A stretch of 64,000 bases of DNA from Mobula hypostoma (lineage: Eukaryota). The notes beneath the pieces were generated by a model. That model worked only from the letters and a program-made list of their open reading frames with translations, was not told the DNA's origin and made no database searches. The position numbers were made by a program, and so were the translations under genes. Below, in pieces: positions 23,781 to 36,511 of this stretch. Every line of letters begins with the position of its first letter. Positions within the stretch are counted from its first letter, which is position 1. The stretch covers positions 110,796,001-110,860,000 of the forward strand of contig NC_086108.1 of the NCBI RefSeq assembly GCF_963921235.1. The letters run 5' to 3'.

Positions 23781-25499
23781 AAAACATTCTTAGGCATGTT
23801 AAGTCAATGTTATACAACACGGCATATAAATTAGTACAAAAATAGTGAGGTAGTGTTCGTGGGTTCATTGTCCATTCAGAAATCAGATGGCAAAGGGGAA
23901 GAAGTTGTTCCTGAATCCTTGAATGGTGCCTTCAGGCTTCTGTACCTCCTCCTTGATGGTAGCGATGAGATGAAGTCATGTCTTGGGTCATGGGGTCCTT
24001 AATGATGGATGCCACCTTTTCGAGACATCGTCTTTTGAAGGTGTTCTCGATGCTGGGGAGGCTCGTGCCCATGATGGAGCTGGCTGAGTTTACAATTTTA
24101 TGCAGCTTTTTTCTGATCCTGGGCCGTGCCTCCACCCCACGTACCAGATGGTGAGGCATCCGTTTAGAATGCTCTCCACATCTGTAGAAATTTGCGAATG
24201 TTAGATACTGCTGGGCTATGTAGAACATAGGACAGTACAGCACAGGAACTGACCTTCAGCCCACCGTAAAACCACAGTGCCCCAACAGGACAGGTAAGAC
24301 ATTTCCCACACCGACTACACTGCAGAATTATTGCACTCTTTGTGACTTTATTAATAGTCCCTGATCACAAGGTTTGAGGTTCAACAAGTTGTCAGAGTCA
24401 AGTTTATTATCATCTGCACAAGTACACGTATTCACAGGTGCAATAAAGATCATCTTAGAGGCAGCAGCATCAGGGTAGGGCAAACAAAATGCTGAAGGAA
24501 CTCAGCAGGTCACACAGCATCTGTTGATCAATCGACGTTTTAAGCCGAGACCCTTCATCAGGACCGGAAAGGAAGAGGAAAAAGCCAGAATAGGAAGCTG
24601 CAGGTGAGGGGAGCTTCAGAAAAGCAGTACTCATAAGAAAAAACATATTAGAAATTAAAGATTCTAGATTGTTTAATGCCATTTCTAGTACACAAGTGTA
24701 AAGGAGAACAAAATAATTGTTACTCCAGATCCAATACAGCACGAAAACACAGAATATGATAATGAACACAATAATAAAAACACAATAAATATAAAGATAG
24801 CTTATACACATTGATTGTCCATAAAGTGACGCTAGACACAGGAGTGTCTGTACATAAGGTGACTGACAGGAAGTGATAAAGTCGTGGTGGTTGGGGGTGT
24901 GGAGGGGTGGGTTAGTGGGTGGAGGTGTTGATCAGCCTCACTGCTTGGAGAAAGTAACTGTTTCTCTGAGTCTCGTGATCTTGGCATGAATGCTGCCTCA
25001 TATATTTACATATAAATAATAATTAATTTATGAATAAGTAATTTATACATCAATTTTACTAGCCAGAATACGATTCTGTGGGAGTGAGTGGGTTCTGTGA
25101 TTCTGCTGACTGCTTTACCAAGGCAGTGTGAAGTGCAGACAGAGTCCGTGAGGGGAGAGTGGTTCTTGTGTTGTTCTGAGCTGTGTCAATGCTTTAGGTG
25201 TAGTCTCACAAATAACTTGTACAGTTGGAATATGTTGTCCTAACACCTGCACTCAATGCCTGCCATGACTGTTGAAGATGTGAGTGTAGGTTTTGCTGAT
25301 AATAAACTCCAATAAAGTTACCAAACTTACTACTGGAACGTACTTTATTTTACTTGTGCACCGGGAGAACAGCATGACCCCTGTCACCTGCCCTGTTCTG
25401 AATTATGAAGAGAGAAATGCTATTTTTATCACAGAATTGGCTAGCAGTTACAGATATTGGCCGTTTGGTAAACTACATATGTTTCGATTCTTTATTTCC

Positions 25500-25958
25500 A
25501 AGAACAACCACCATTCACAACAGAGGAGCCATGATTTGAGGCCACCCTCAGGGTGGAGGAGCAACACCTTATATTCTGTCTGGGTACCCTCCAACGTGAT
25601 GGCATGAATACCTATTGCTCATTCTGGTCAAAAAAATTACCCCTTTTCCCCCCCCCACCCCATTCTCCACCCTGACCTTTTACTTCTGCTCATTATTTCC
25701 CCGTGTCCCCTTTCTCCTATGGTCCACTCTCTCCTATCAGATTCTTCCTTCTTCGGCCCATGACCTTTCTCACCCACCTGGCTTCACCTATCAACTTCCA
25801 GCTAGCCTCTTTCCTCTTCCCCCCATGTTTTTATTCTGGCATCTTCACCCTTCCTTCTCAGTCCCGAGGAAGTGTCTCAGCCTGAAACGTTGACTGTTTA
25901 TTCATTTCCATAGTTACTGCCCGACCTGTTGAATTCCTCCAGCATTTTGTGTGTGTTA
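25500..25958 (+). mobile_element. Old Penelope-like 3' fragment
   Basis: gaggccaccctcagggtggaggagcaacaccttatattc (EEQHLIF) and degenerate hammerhead terminus at ~25860-25896. Confidence 0.8.
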
Positions 25959-26019
25959 CAGAGGTGTGAAAAGTCAATAGAAACTACTATCTGACAACCC
26001 ATGATACTTCAAAATCTTA

Positions 26020-26155
26020 AACACGAGGAATTCTGCAGATGCTGGAAATTCAAGCAACACACATCAAAGTTGCTGGTGAACGCAGCAGGCCAGGCAGCGT
26101 CTCTAGGAAGAGGTACAGTCAACCTTTCGGGCTGAGACCCTTTGTCAAGACATAG
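26020..26155 (-). mobile_element. Short Penelope terminus insertion
   Basis: Matches the terminal sequence of the other copies; TSD ttcaaaatctta at 26008-26019 and 26156-26167. Confidence 0.8.
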
Positions 26156-26529
26156 TTCAAAATCTTATCGGTTGTCAGATGATAGTTTCTTCGTAAAGTA
26201 ATTTTCCCTTAGTTGCATGCAGGTTGGATCAATTATCTCAACTCCAGAGCCCTGATGTGCAAATGGAAGTTATGTTCTTCAAAGATCTTCGTTGTCTCGG
26301 CTCTATCCTTGCCTGGATATTATGTTAACCCTTGCCTTACCACACTTCAACATAGGGAGTGGTCATCAACTGATGAGACTGCAGGGACAATAAACTGGCA
26401 TTAATGTAAATGGGCTCAAAGTACAAAGAAAATTTATTATCAAAGTACATATACTGTAGGTCACCATATACAAACCTGAGATTAACTTTCTTGTGTCGGC
26501 ATGCTTTATAACTCTATTACAGTATATGC

Positions 26530-27080
26530 CACGAGGCCCCCTGTTGGTTGGGCTTGATGTTACATACTGCTGTCCGTGTGTATGCAACCTAGTACCCAAG
26601 CCAGGGCAGTACAGTATGAAGAACAAGCTGTAGAACGCTCCTCCTCTCCACATAAGTGATGAATCCAAAGGAACGGCAGAGACCGATACAGTTTGGCACT
26701 AGCAGAGTCACAGGAGTTGCCAGGCACCATTGAACTCAACTTAGAATTCAACGTAGGGACTTCAGTTCCATATTTTCCCTCTGGATTTACTCCTGAACCA
26801 TCACATGAGTGGCATTAGCTGCATGGCAGCGGAGGTTTGAGATCAGAGTTTTCCTTCTCCTTAATGAGCTGCCAGCCATGGCTGACAAGCCCCAGGTGCC
26901 TGGAGAACTGGTTTTAAGGCACCAGTAATCTGCATTTGCCGCTTCTCCTGCCAGTAGAGATGGTCCTGCCAGGTTTAGTAGTCACAAGTGAAGACTTGGT
27001 TGTCAGAGGCTGTTGGGAGCATTTAAATAGGCGGTGGGAGCTTCTCCTCACTACTCCTCTGGCTTTGGCAACCTTAAGGA
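26530..27080. mobile_element. Non-autonomous repeat, RTE 5'UTR-like; related copy at 46575-47113
   Basis: Colinear similarity between the two loci (gggcagtac..aagctgt, gaggtttgaga.caga.ttttcc, ggcaacctta). Confidence 0.55.
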
Positions 27081-27261
27081 ACCACAACATATACAAGTTA
27101 TGCATGAACTCTTGATCTCCCAACCTGCTTTGTTATGCCCACGCACCATATTGTATACCTGAACTGCACATTCTCTGCAACTGTAACACTTGATTAGCTG
27201 ATTAGATATCTGGATTAATGTTCAGATGTTCAGGGGTACCTAATGAAGTGATCACTGGGTT

Positions 27262-29010
27262 GAAATCAATGATCTGGATGATGGAATTGATGGCTTTGTG
27301 GATGATATGAAGATAGGAGGAGGGGCAGGTAGTGTTGAGAAGGCAGAGAGTCTGCAGAAAGAATTAGACAGATTAGGAGAAAGGGCAAAGAAGTGGTAGA
27401 TGGAATACAGTGTCGGGAAGTACATGGTCATGCACCTTGGTAGAAGGAATACAGGCATGGACTATTTTCTAAATGGGGCAAAAATGCAGAAATCAGAGGT
27501 GCAAGTGGACTTGGGAGTCCACATGCAAGATTCCTTAAAGGTTAAGTTGCAAGTTGAATTGGTGATAAGAAGGGCAGATGCAATGCTAGCAATCATTTCG
27601 GGAGGACTAAAACAAAAGAGCAATGATTTAATGTTGAGGATTTATAAGGTCTTGGTTGGTCCGTAACTGGGTTGCCAAACAAGCAGAAATGGAACGCTCG
27701 TTGGAGTCTGTGATTACTAGGAACTAATAAAGTTTTATTAAAGAAATAAGTAATACAGTACACTAATCGCAAGGATATAAATGTAACAGGTTAGCAATGA
27801 TAATACACACTTATACACAAAAATAGGGTAATAGGAATCAGTCTAAGGGTAAAATGATCAGTCTTAAGTGAAGCAGAGTTCAGTTCAGTTTAGTGCAGTT
27901 CGAAGTAATCGCTGTTGTTGTACCGTTGGGGAGAGAGAGAGAGAGAGAGAGAGAGTGAGAGATGCAGTTGGTTTCGGGCAGACCTTTTAATGCCTTCTGA
28001 TCCCGCTGTGGTCACCGACTGTGACCCCTCTGTTCCAGATACGATCGTTCTTCTGCGGTGAACCCGGCACCCAGGCAAGGGTGGACACACACCCCAGGTT
28101 CCCACCAATTGTACCTTTACACCCTGTGAGCCTCTGATCGATTCCCGCGAACTGGTCCTCCAAACTCCTACCAACTTGTGGGGGCACACTGCTCTTTCCA
28201 GGGTCTCGTGGCGTGTCTGGTGCCTTAGCAAACCTGCTCTTTTTATCCCCCTGCTGGGGTATCACCTGTCCATCAAACTTCAAACAGATCAGGTTCAAAG
28301 CAAACCGTCTGTCAATATCTGAATTGTGTTTCTTTCTCGTTAATCTCTCTCTTCTCTCTTATTAGCATTTTGAATGTTTCTCCATTGTCTTCTGTTAACT
28401 CTCTCATTAGCATCATCCGTCCGGTAGCTCTGCTTGGCGTCACACATGACAGTCTGCACGGAGTATTATGAGCATTTGGGCTCCTTATCTAAAAAAGGAT
28501 GCACTGGCATTGGAGAGGGTCCAGAGGAGGTTCACAAGAAAGATCTCAGGAATGAAAGGATTAACATATGCGGAGTACTTGATGGCTCTTGGCCTGTATT
28601 CGCTGGAATTTAGAAGAACGAGGGTGGGGGAGGGGGATCTCATTGAAACCTATCGAATGTTGAAAAGCCTCGATAGAGTGGATGTGGAGAGGATGTTTCT
28701 TATGGTAGGGGAGTCTAGGACCAGAGGAAACGGCGTCAGAATAGAAGGACGTTCATTTAGAACAGAGATGAGGAGGAATTTCTGTCACTGGAGGGTAGTG
28801 ATCTGTGGAATTCATTGGCATAGATGGCTGTACAGGCCATGTCATTGGGTATGTTTAAAGCAGAGGTTGATAGATTCCTGATTAGTGAGGATGTCAAAGA
28901 ATACGGGAAGAAGGAAGGAAAATGGGATTGAGGGGGTAATAAATGAGCATGATAGACTGGTGGAGCAGACTCAATGGGCCGAATGGTTTAATTCTGCTCT
29001 TATGTCTTAA
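27262..29010 (+). mobile_element. Decayed CR1 3' fragment interrupted by an LTR-like insert
   Basis: ORFs 27400..27666 and 28468..28881 (LERVQRRFTR, LGLYSLEFRR). Confidence 0.88.
27662..28444. mobile_element. Probable solo LTR containing a (GA)n tract
   Basis: Interrupts CR1 coding sequence; ends (c/t)gtaac...gtcaca with loosely inverted gccaa..gcag/ctgcttggc; no clear TSD. Confidence 0.5.
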
Positions 29011-29707
29011 GGTCTCCTGCTGCTTACAAGTCAGAACAAACAGAAACTATAACAACTTCTCCCATTTAACATTCTCAGGAAAATTGTGTGAGTGGAGGAT
29101 TTACATTTAAATGTAAATCCATTGTACATTTAGTAGTGAAAGTGCCCAGTCGCCTCGGCCTTGGCTGTCTGTTGTGCAGCAATAAAATGCTGTCAAACAA
29201 AAATGATGGTTTAAAAGAAAGAACTTGCGTTTATAGCATACTTTGTCAGCCAGAAGCGGCTGAAAGCTTTTTACAGCCGACTAAACAAGCCAGTCTACGA
29301 GGGCGATTTTCACAGGATGTAGTTTCACGAAACAAGAATGTAAAAAAAATGTGTTTCAGAATAAGGGGGAGTTTCTTGTTGTGGATCTGAGGAATTTGCA
29401 GAGGCAGATTCACTGAAGGTATTTTAAAGAGGAGGCTGTTACAATGTGGAAAGATAGGAGCGGGAGTCGGCTGCTGCCTCACCCAAAAACCTGCCTTGGT
29501 GTTCAATAGTTCAAAGTTTAAGGTAAATTTATTATCCAAGTACATATATGTCACCATATACAACTCTGAAATTCCTTTTCTTGTAGGAATTCATAGTAGA
29601 ACAGAGAAATACTATAGAATCAGTGAAAAACTACACCCAGAGACTGACCAACAATGTGCAAACGAAGACAACTGTGCCAAATACAAAAACAAGCTAATAA
29701 TAATAAT

Positions 29708-30040
29708 CAGCGTTCCCTCTTTTTTAATGACCAGTGTGCGCAAAATTCTGTGCTGTGCAATTTATTGCCTAGTGACCTCAACATGTGTGTGCTGAATAAT
29801 TTCTTCAGTTAAAAACAGTAAATAAGCCAGTTCTAAACTCTGCAGACAAATCATTGCAAACTCCATGTTGTCAACACCATCCACATCAGAAACCGGAAAA
29901 GGAAATGCGATTGTGTACGATCGTGAAGTATGCTTGACATGCCAGCGAGGTAGAGGGTGACAACAATCTGTGTGCAGTTTAAATTCCTTTGTGCGCGAGT
30001 AACAGATGATCTGTGCGCGCACACCTTCGCGGGAACATTG
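29708..30040. mobile_element. hAT-type MITE
   Basis: TIRs cagcgttccc / gggaacattg; 8-bp TSD ataataat at 29700-29707 and 30041-30048. Confidence 0.8.
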
Positions 30041-33000
30041 ATAATAATGAATAAATTAAATAAATAATGCTGAGAACATGAATTGTAGAGTCCATGAAAG
30101 TGAGACTGATTCCATAACCTATGGACTCACTTTCAAGGACTCGACAAATCATGTTCTCAGTATTTATTTATGTATGTATGTATGTATGTACGTATGTCAC
30201 CATTTACAACCTTCAGATTAATTTTTTTGCAGGTATTCAGTTAGATACAAAGAAACACAATAGAGTTAGTGAAAAACTACACATAAAGAATGACAAACAA
30301 CCAATGTGTGAAAGAAAACAAAATGCAAATACACAAAATCAAATGATAATAAATAATACTGAGAACATGAGTTGAAAGTGAGTCCGTAGGTTGTGGAATC
30401 AGTTCAGTGCTGAGGTGAGTGAAGTTATCCATGTTGGTTCAGGAGCTGATGATTGAGGGGTAATAACTGTTCCTGAACCTAGTGGTGTGGTTGCTAATCC
30501 TCCTATACCACCTTCCAACCCGAACCCTAATACATGATCTGAATATTCATTATCTATCTGAGTTGCTGCTCCACTAGGAAATCTCCAGGGATGCCTACTC
30601 TGAAGACGTTTAAATCTTCCCTTCGACGGGAGTTCAGTGAGACCCTCTCTCACTGCTCCCCCCGTGATCTCTGCAGCCCTCCGACTCTTCAACCTTCCAG
30701 CTATCTTCCTTCCTCTCCCCCACCAGTTTAATCTGGGGACTTCCCCCTTCCTTTCCAGTCCTGGAGAATGGTCTTGGTTCAAAATGTCGAGTACTTAGTC
30801 CTCACGATAGATGCTGCCTGACTTGCTGATTCCTGCAGCATTCTGTGTGTGTTGCCCTGGATTTCCAGCATCTGCAGACTCTCATGTCCGTACGTCTCTC
30901 TATCTGTCTAATCCTTTCCTTTATTGTATTTGTTGTCATTTGAACATTGGTTGTTCGTTTGTCTTTAGGTGTAATCTTTCATTGATTCTGTTGTGTTTTA
31001 TATTTACTGTGAATGCCCACAAGAAATGGAATCTCAGTGTTGTATATGGTGACATAAATGTACTTAGATAATAAGATAGATAGATAGATATACTTTATTG
31101 ATCCCAAGGGAAATTGGGTTTCGTTACAGCCGCACCAACCAAGAATAGAGTATAAATATAGAAATACAAAAACCACCAACAATCAAACAACAAAATGCAA
31201 ACTATGCCAGATGGAAATAAGTCCAGGACCAGCCTATTGGCTCAGGGTGTCTGACCCTCCACGGGAGGAGCTGCAAGTTCGATGGCCACAGGCAGGAACG
31301 ACCTCCTGTGACGCCCAGTGTTGTATCTCGGTGGAATAGCCGGGGTCCAGCAGCAAAAAAGTTCAATATCCAGTCTACAAACACGTTCCTCGATCGTAAT
31401 ATGACCTGGATTGCACCATCCGTTGTTAACCAGAACAGCGAGACCCCAACTCCTTTACACTTACCGCTCTCAGTGCACTTCCGGTCAGCCCGAACGGTCT
31501 GGAAGCCGTCCATGGAAAAGATTTACTTTGAACTTTGAGCAAGGGGACCAAAACAATGTACGGCTCTCCAATACCCCGAGAATTGTAACCAATACCCCCT
31601 CATTTTGAAACTCCAAACCCCTTGGAATAAAGGCTGATGTACTATTTGCCTTTCTGATCATGAGAATTTAGTGTTACACCATTACGGATCGCTGTGTCGG
31701 AGCTTGGAGGTCACTTCTAGCCTCCTCTGTACAAAATCTGTACATTCGTCTCATAAGTGTGAGGGTTTTCTCCGGGTGCTGTGGTTTTCTCTCATAATCC
31801 TGCCGCAAAGACGTACTGCTTAGTAGGGTTAATTGGTCATTGTAAGCAGGCCTGTGATTAGGCTGGGGTTAAATCAGTGGGTGGCGGGGCAGTGCAGCTC
31901 GGTGTGACGGAAGGGCCTGTTCCGAGCAGAATCTCAGTAACAGGAATAAATAAATTAAACATCTGATAGTAAGGTGTCATGATCCACGCAGAGGGACAAA
32001 TAGGTCACCTGGTACCTCATTTATTTACAGTCCCTCTCACTGAGCAAAGGAGACATACTTGAGGCATTGTTAGTTGCTGGTTGGTTTACTAGGGTCTCAG
32101 ACTCAGCGGAGAAACAGTCCCTTCGGCCCATCTTGTCCATGCTGGAACTGTTAATCTGCCCTTTTCCATCGGCCCACAGCTGGAACTGGGGGGAGAAGGA
32201 GATTGTGCAGAAAGAAGAAGTGTAATTTGGCATTGTGCTCGGCACAGACGTTGTGCCAGACATATATACAGAAAGGTGCCGGAAAAGGGCCAGTAACATC
32301 ATGAAGGATCCCACCCACCCTGCTCATGGACTGTTTGTCCCACTCCCATGAGGGAGTGATCCACACCAGGACCACCAGACTCAAAACAGTTACTTTCCCC
32401 AGGCAGTGAGGCTGATCAACACCTCAACCCACTAACCCACCCTCACACACACCCAACTACCCACTGACTCACCCCTCCACACCCCCAACCACCTCTACTT
32501 CTGTCAGAGTCACCTTACGTATAGACACTCCTGTGCCTAGCCTCACTTTATGGACACACAATCAATCTATGTGTATAAGTTATCTCATGTATTTATATTA
32601 TTGTGTTTTCATTATTCAAATGGTTCTGTTTATTGTCAGAGAATGTATACAGTATACAACTTGAAATACTTGTCTTCGCAGACATCTGCAAAAAACAGCA
32701 GAACCCCAAAAGAATGAACAACAGAAAAATGTTAGAACCCCAAGGACCCTGCTCTCATTCTCCCCCCTCCCCCACGCAGGCATCAGCCTCATCCACCCCC
32801 CCACCCACTTCAGCAGAAAGTGTCAGCACCCACCGTCCACTGAACAGCAAAGTCCCCAAAGAGAGACCATGATCTGCAGCCAACAACTATCGTTGACTCG
32901 ACAGTTCGACCTCCCCCTCCCCCCGAATGGCCTGTTTCTGTACTGCCTCTCAGTATCATCGTTTCTGTTGGCAATGTGAGTTTCAGTGAGCAACAGATGG

Positions 33001-36000
33001 TGGCGGGATTGGACTGGGAAGTGGAGGGAACAGCTGTGGTTAGGATAATGTAGTGGGAATGACACTGTGTGAGAAAGGACTTTGATTAATTGCAGAGCCT
33101 GTCTTCTGAGGATATTAGCAGGCTCCCAGGGTGGGGACAGGGAACTTGTCCTCTGTAAACACACATTAACCTACAGAATGGGACAGTGCACCGAGATATA
33201 TACGCATACGTTTCGGCAAGTACTGTTGAACTTGCATCCAGTACACTTCAATGTCTAATAATAACTGGGAGCTGGAATTGGAATTGGTTTATTATTTTAC
33301 AGGGTTACACTGAAAAACATTTTTGCCTACTGTTCACACAGATAATTCATTACATAGTGTATTGAGGTAGAACAAGGTAAAACAATAGCAGAGTTCAGAA
33401 TAAAGTTTAACAGCTGAGTGTTGGTAGACAATAATATACAAGATGGTGGAGCATCACGGTAGTGTAGTGGTTAGTGTGATGCTATTGCAGCTCAGGTATC
33501 GCAGTCCTGGCATCCTCAGTAAGCAAGTTTGGACGTTCCTTCCAGGGCATGTGACAGTTTCCTCTGGGTGCTCTGGTTTCCTCCCACAGTCTGCAGATGT
33601 AGTGGTTAGTAGTTAGTTGACATTGTCCTGTGATTAGGTTAGGGTTAAATCGGTGGATTGCTGGGCAGCACAGCTCGAAGCGCCAGAAGGGATGGTGAGC
33701 ATCTTTAATGATGGATTCTGTCTTCTTGACGTATCTCCTCCTGAAGATCTCCTCGATGGTGAGGAGGCTCATGCCTTTGATGGATCTGGCTGAGTCTGCA
33801 TCCTCTTGCATTGGAGCTATTAAAACAAAAATCTTCACGCCATCTTAAAAGTTTCTTTCTGAAGCCATTTAATCTGATCAACCATTCTGGTCCTCCCCCT
33901 CCCATCTACCACCTCAGTTAATCCACTACACTGCAGACACTTTTAATAATATCGTTTACATCGTAAATATTCTGGTATTTATTTATTTATGCACATTTTA
34001 TTCAATTTCCAACCTTTAACCTGTAACTTTCTTTAAGTATAATTCTTAATTCTTTATAGTTGAATGTTAATATTTTTGTTGAATGTCACACTCTGATTGT
34101 ATCTGGTGCTTAAAGTTGATCCTTGATCCTCAATCCTCACTGGAGCCTCCATAACCAAGTGGTGATGCATCCAGTCAGAATTCCCTCCGTCGTACCTCAC
34201 TAGTCCGCACAAACTCCTAATGAAGTCTCCTGTAGCACAACTTGGTGGAGGAGCTCAGCAGGTCAGGCAGCAACTATGAATAGTAATAAACAGTCGACGT
34301 TTTGATCTGAGACTCTTCTTCAGGACTGCAGATCCAGTATCTTGTGAATCTTGTCCATTGTAGACTTTCTGTCCATCTACGCTGATCCTGTTTACATGCA
34401 CTAGGTCTGTATCCTTCTATGCCTTGCCTATTTAAGTGCCTAACTAAATAGAGTGCGTTCCAAACGTACACGTCTCACTGTTAGCTTACCTCTAAGGTCT
34501 TCTTTGAAGCTCCTACCTCTCATCTCAAGTTCAAGTCCTCTTGGTTTTGATCCCCAAACAATGGAAAAATATGTTATTGTTGCTTCTCAGAATGCTGTAA
34601 ATATCTATCAAAGTTCAAAGTACATTTATTATCAAAGTACATCTGCAGCTTCATCTTCCCACAGGCAGCCATGAAACAAAGAGAAACCATGGAACCCATT
34701 CAAAGAAAACATCAAACACCCAGTGCATAAAAGAAGAACAAATTGTGCAAACAGCAAAAAAAAAGCGAGGGAAAAACACAGAATATAAAACATCAAACCA
34801 CAAAGGCACTTATCAAGTCACCCCTCAGTTCCTTCGCTTTAGGGAACACAAGCCCAGTCTCTGCAAACTCTCCCCATAGCTAAAGTCCTCCAATCCAGAC
34901 ACCATCCTGGTGAATCTCCTGTGCACTCTCTCTAGCACAGTCACATCTTTCTTTATAAACTCAAGAGATTCTGCAGGCGCTGGAAATCTTGAGCAACACA
35001 CACAAAATCTATTTACTTACAGAAACAGCGTGGAATAGGTCTTTCCAGCTCTTAGAGCTGTACCGCCCAGCAACCCCTGTTTTAACCTTAGCCTGATCGC
35101 AGGACAGTTTACAATGATCAACTAACCAAGTAACGTTTTTGAATTGTGGGAGGAAACCAGAGCACTCGGAAACCCCCCGCAGTCCATGGGAAGGATGTAC
35201 AAACTCCTTACAGAGGACGCCGGAATGAACTCTGAACTCTGACACCCTGAGCTGTAATAGCATCATGCTGCTCTACTGTGGCGCCCTAAAATGCTGGATG
35301 AACTCAACAGGTCAGGCAACATCTGTGGAGAGAAATAAACAGTTGACGTTTAAGGTTGAGATCCTTCATCAGGACTGGAAAGGGAGGGAGCAGAAACCAA
35401 AATAAAAAAGTGTGGGGAGGTGAAGGAGCATAAGATGGCACGTGATAGGTACAACAAGCTGGCAGGTAAAGGTAGGTGGGTGTGGGGACAGTGAAGTCAG
35501 AAGCTGGGGGGTGATAGGTGGAAAAGGTCAAGGGCTGAAGACGAAGAAACCTGATAGGAGGAGGGTGGAGTGTAGGAGAAAGGGAAGGAGGAGGAGCACC
35601 GGGGAGGTGATGGGCAGGTGAGAAGAGGTAAGTGGTCAGAGTGGAGAATAGAAGAAGAGGGGAGGGGGAGGGAAAATTTGTGTTACTGGAAGGAGAAATC
35701 ACTATTCATGCCATCAGTTTGGAGGTTACCCAGACAGAATATGAGGAACTCAGCAGGCCTGGCAGCATGGATGGAAAAGAGTAAACAGTTGATGATTTGG
35801 GCTGAGGCCCTTCATCAAGACTGGAAAACTGAGATGACGAGTTAGATCAAGAAAGTGGGGGGGGGGGAGGAAGAAGTACAAGGTGATAGGTGAAACCAGG
35901 AGAGGGGAAGGGGTGAAGTTAAGAGCTGGGAAGTTGATTGGTGAAAGAGAGACAGGGCTGGAGAAGGAGGAATCTGAAAGGAGAGGACAGAAGACTATGG

Positions 36001-36173
36001 AAGAAAGGGAAGGGACAGGAGCACCATAGGAAGGTGATGGGCTGGTAAGGAGATAAGGTGAGAGAGGGAAACAGGAATGGGGAATGCTGAAGGGGAGGTG
36101 GGAATTTATTGGAAATCCGAGAAATCGAGGTTCATGCTATCAGGTTGGAGGCTACCCAGATGGAATATAAGGT

Positions 36174-36444
36174 AAACAACAGGAATTCTGCAGATGCTGG
36201 AAATTCAAGCAACACACATCAAAGTTGCTGGTGAACGCAGCAGGCCAAGCAGCATCTGTAGGAAGAGGCGCAGTCGACGTTTCAGGCCGAGACCCTTCGT
36301 CAGACCCTCCAACTTTCAAATCCCTTACTCACTCTTCCTTCAGTTAGTCCTGACGAAGGGTCTCGGCCTGAAACGTCGACTGCGCCTCTTCCTATAGATG
36401 CTGCTTGGCCTGCTGCGTTCACCAGCAACTTTGATGTGTGTTGC
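36174..36444. mobile_element. Fold-back (inverted) Penelope terminus insertion
   Basis: Arms 36208-36303 and 36350-36445 are reverse complements (one mismatch by eye); 13-bp TSD tggaatataaggt at 36161-36173 and 36445-36457. Confidence 0.92.
36346..36381 (+). ncRNA. Minimal type I hammerhead ribozyme motif (Penelope-associated)
   Basis: AGTC-CTGACGA-AGG(GTCTCGG)CCT-GAAAC-GTC^GACT: intact CUGANGA and GAAA cores, helix I AGTC/GACT, helix II AGG/CCT, palindromic ACGT in place of helix III. Confidence 0.8.
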
Positions 36445-36511
36445 TGGAATATAAGGTGTTGCTCCTCCTACCGGAGTGTGGCCTCATCGTGGCAGTAGAG
36501 GAGGCCATGGA

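Larger units (their letters stand above)
35287..36510 (-). mobile_element. Two tandem Penelope-like 3' fragments (35287-35740 and 35741-36510)
   Basis: Each has the terminal aactcagcagg..cagttga..ccttcatca motif, the purine-rich 3'UTR antisense and the GIY-YIG end (ggaggctacccaga). Confidence 0.85.
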
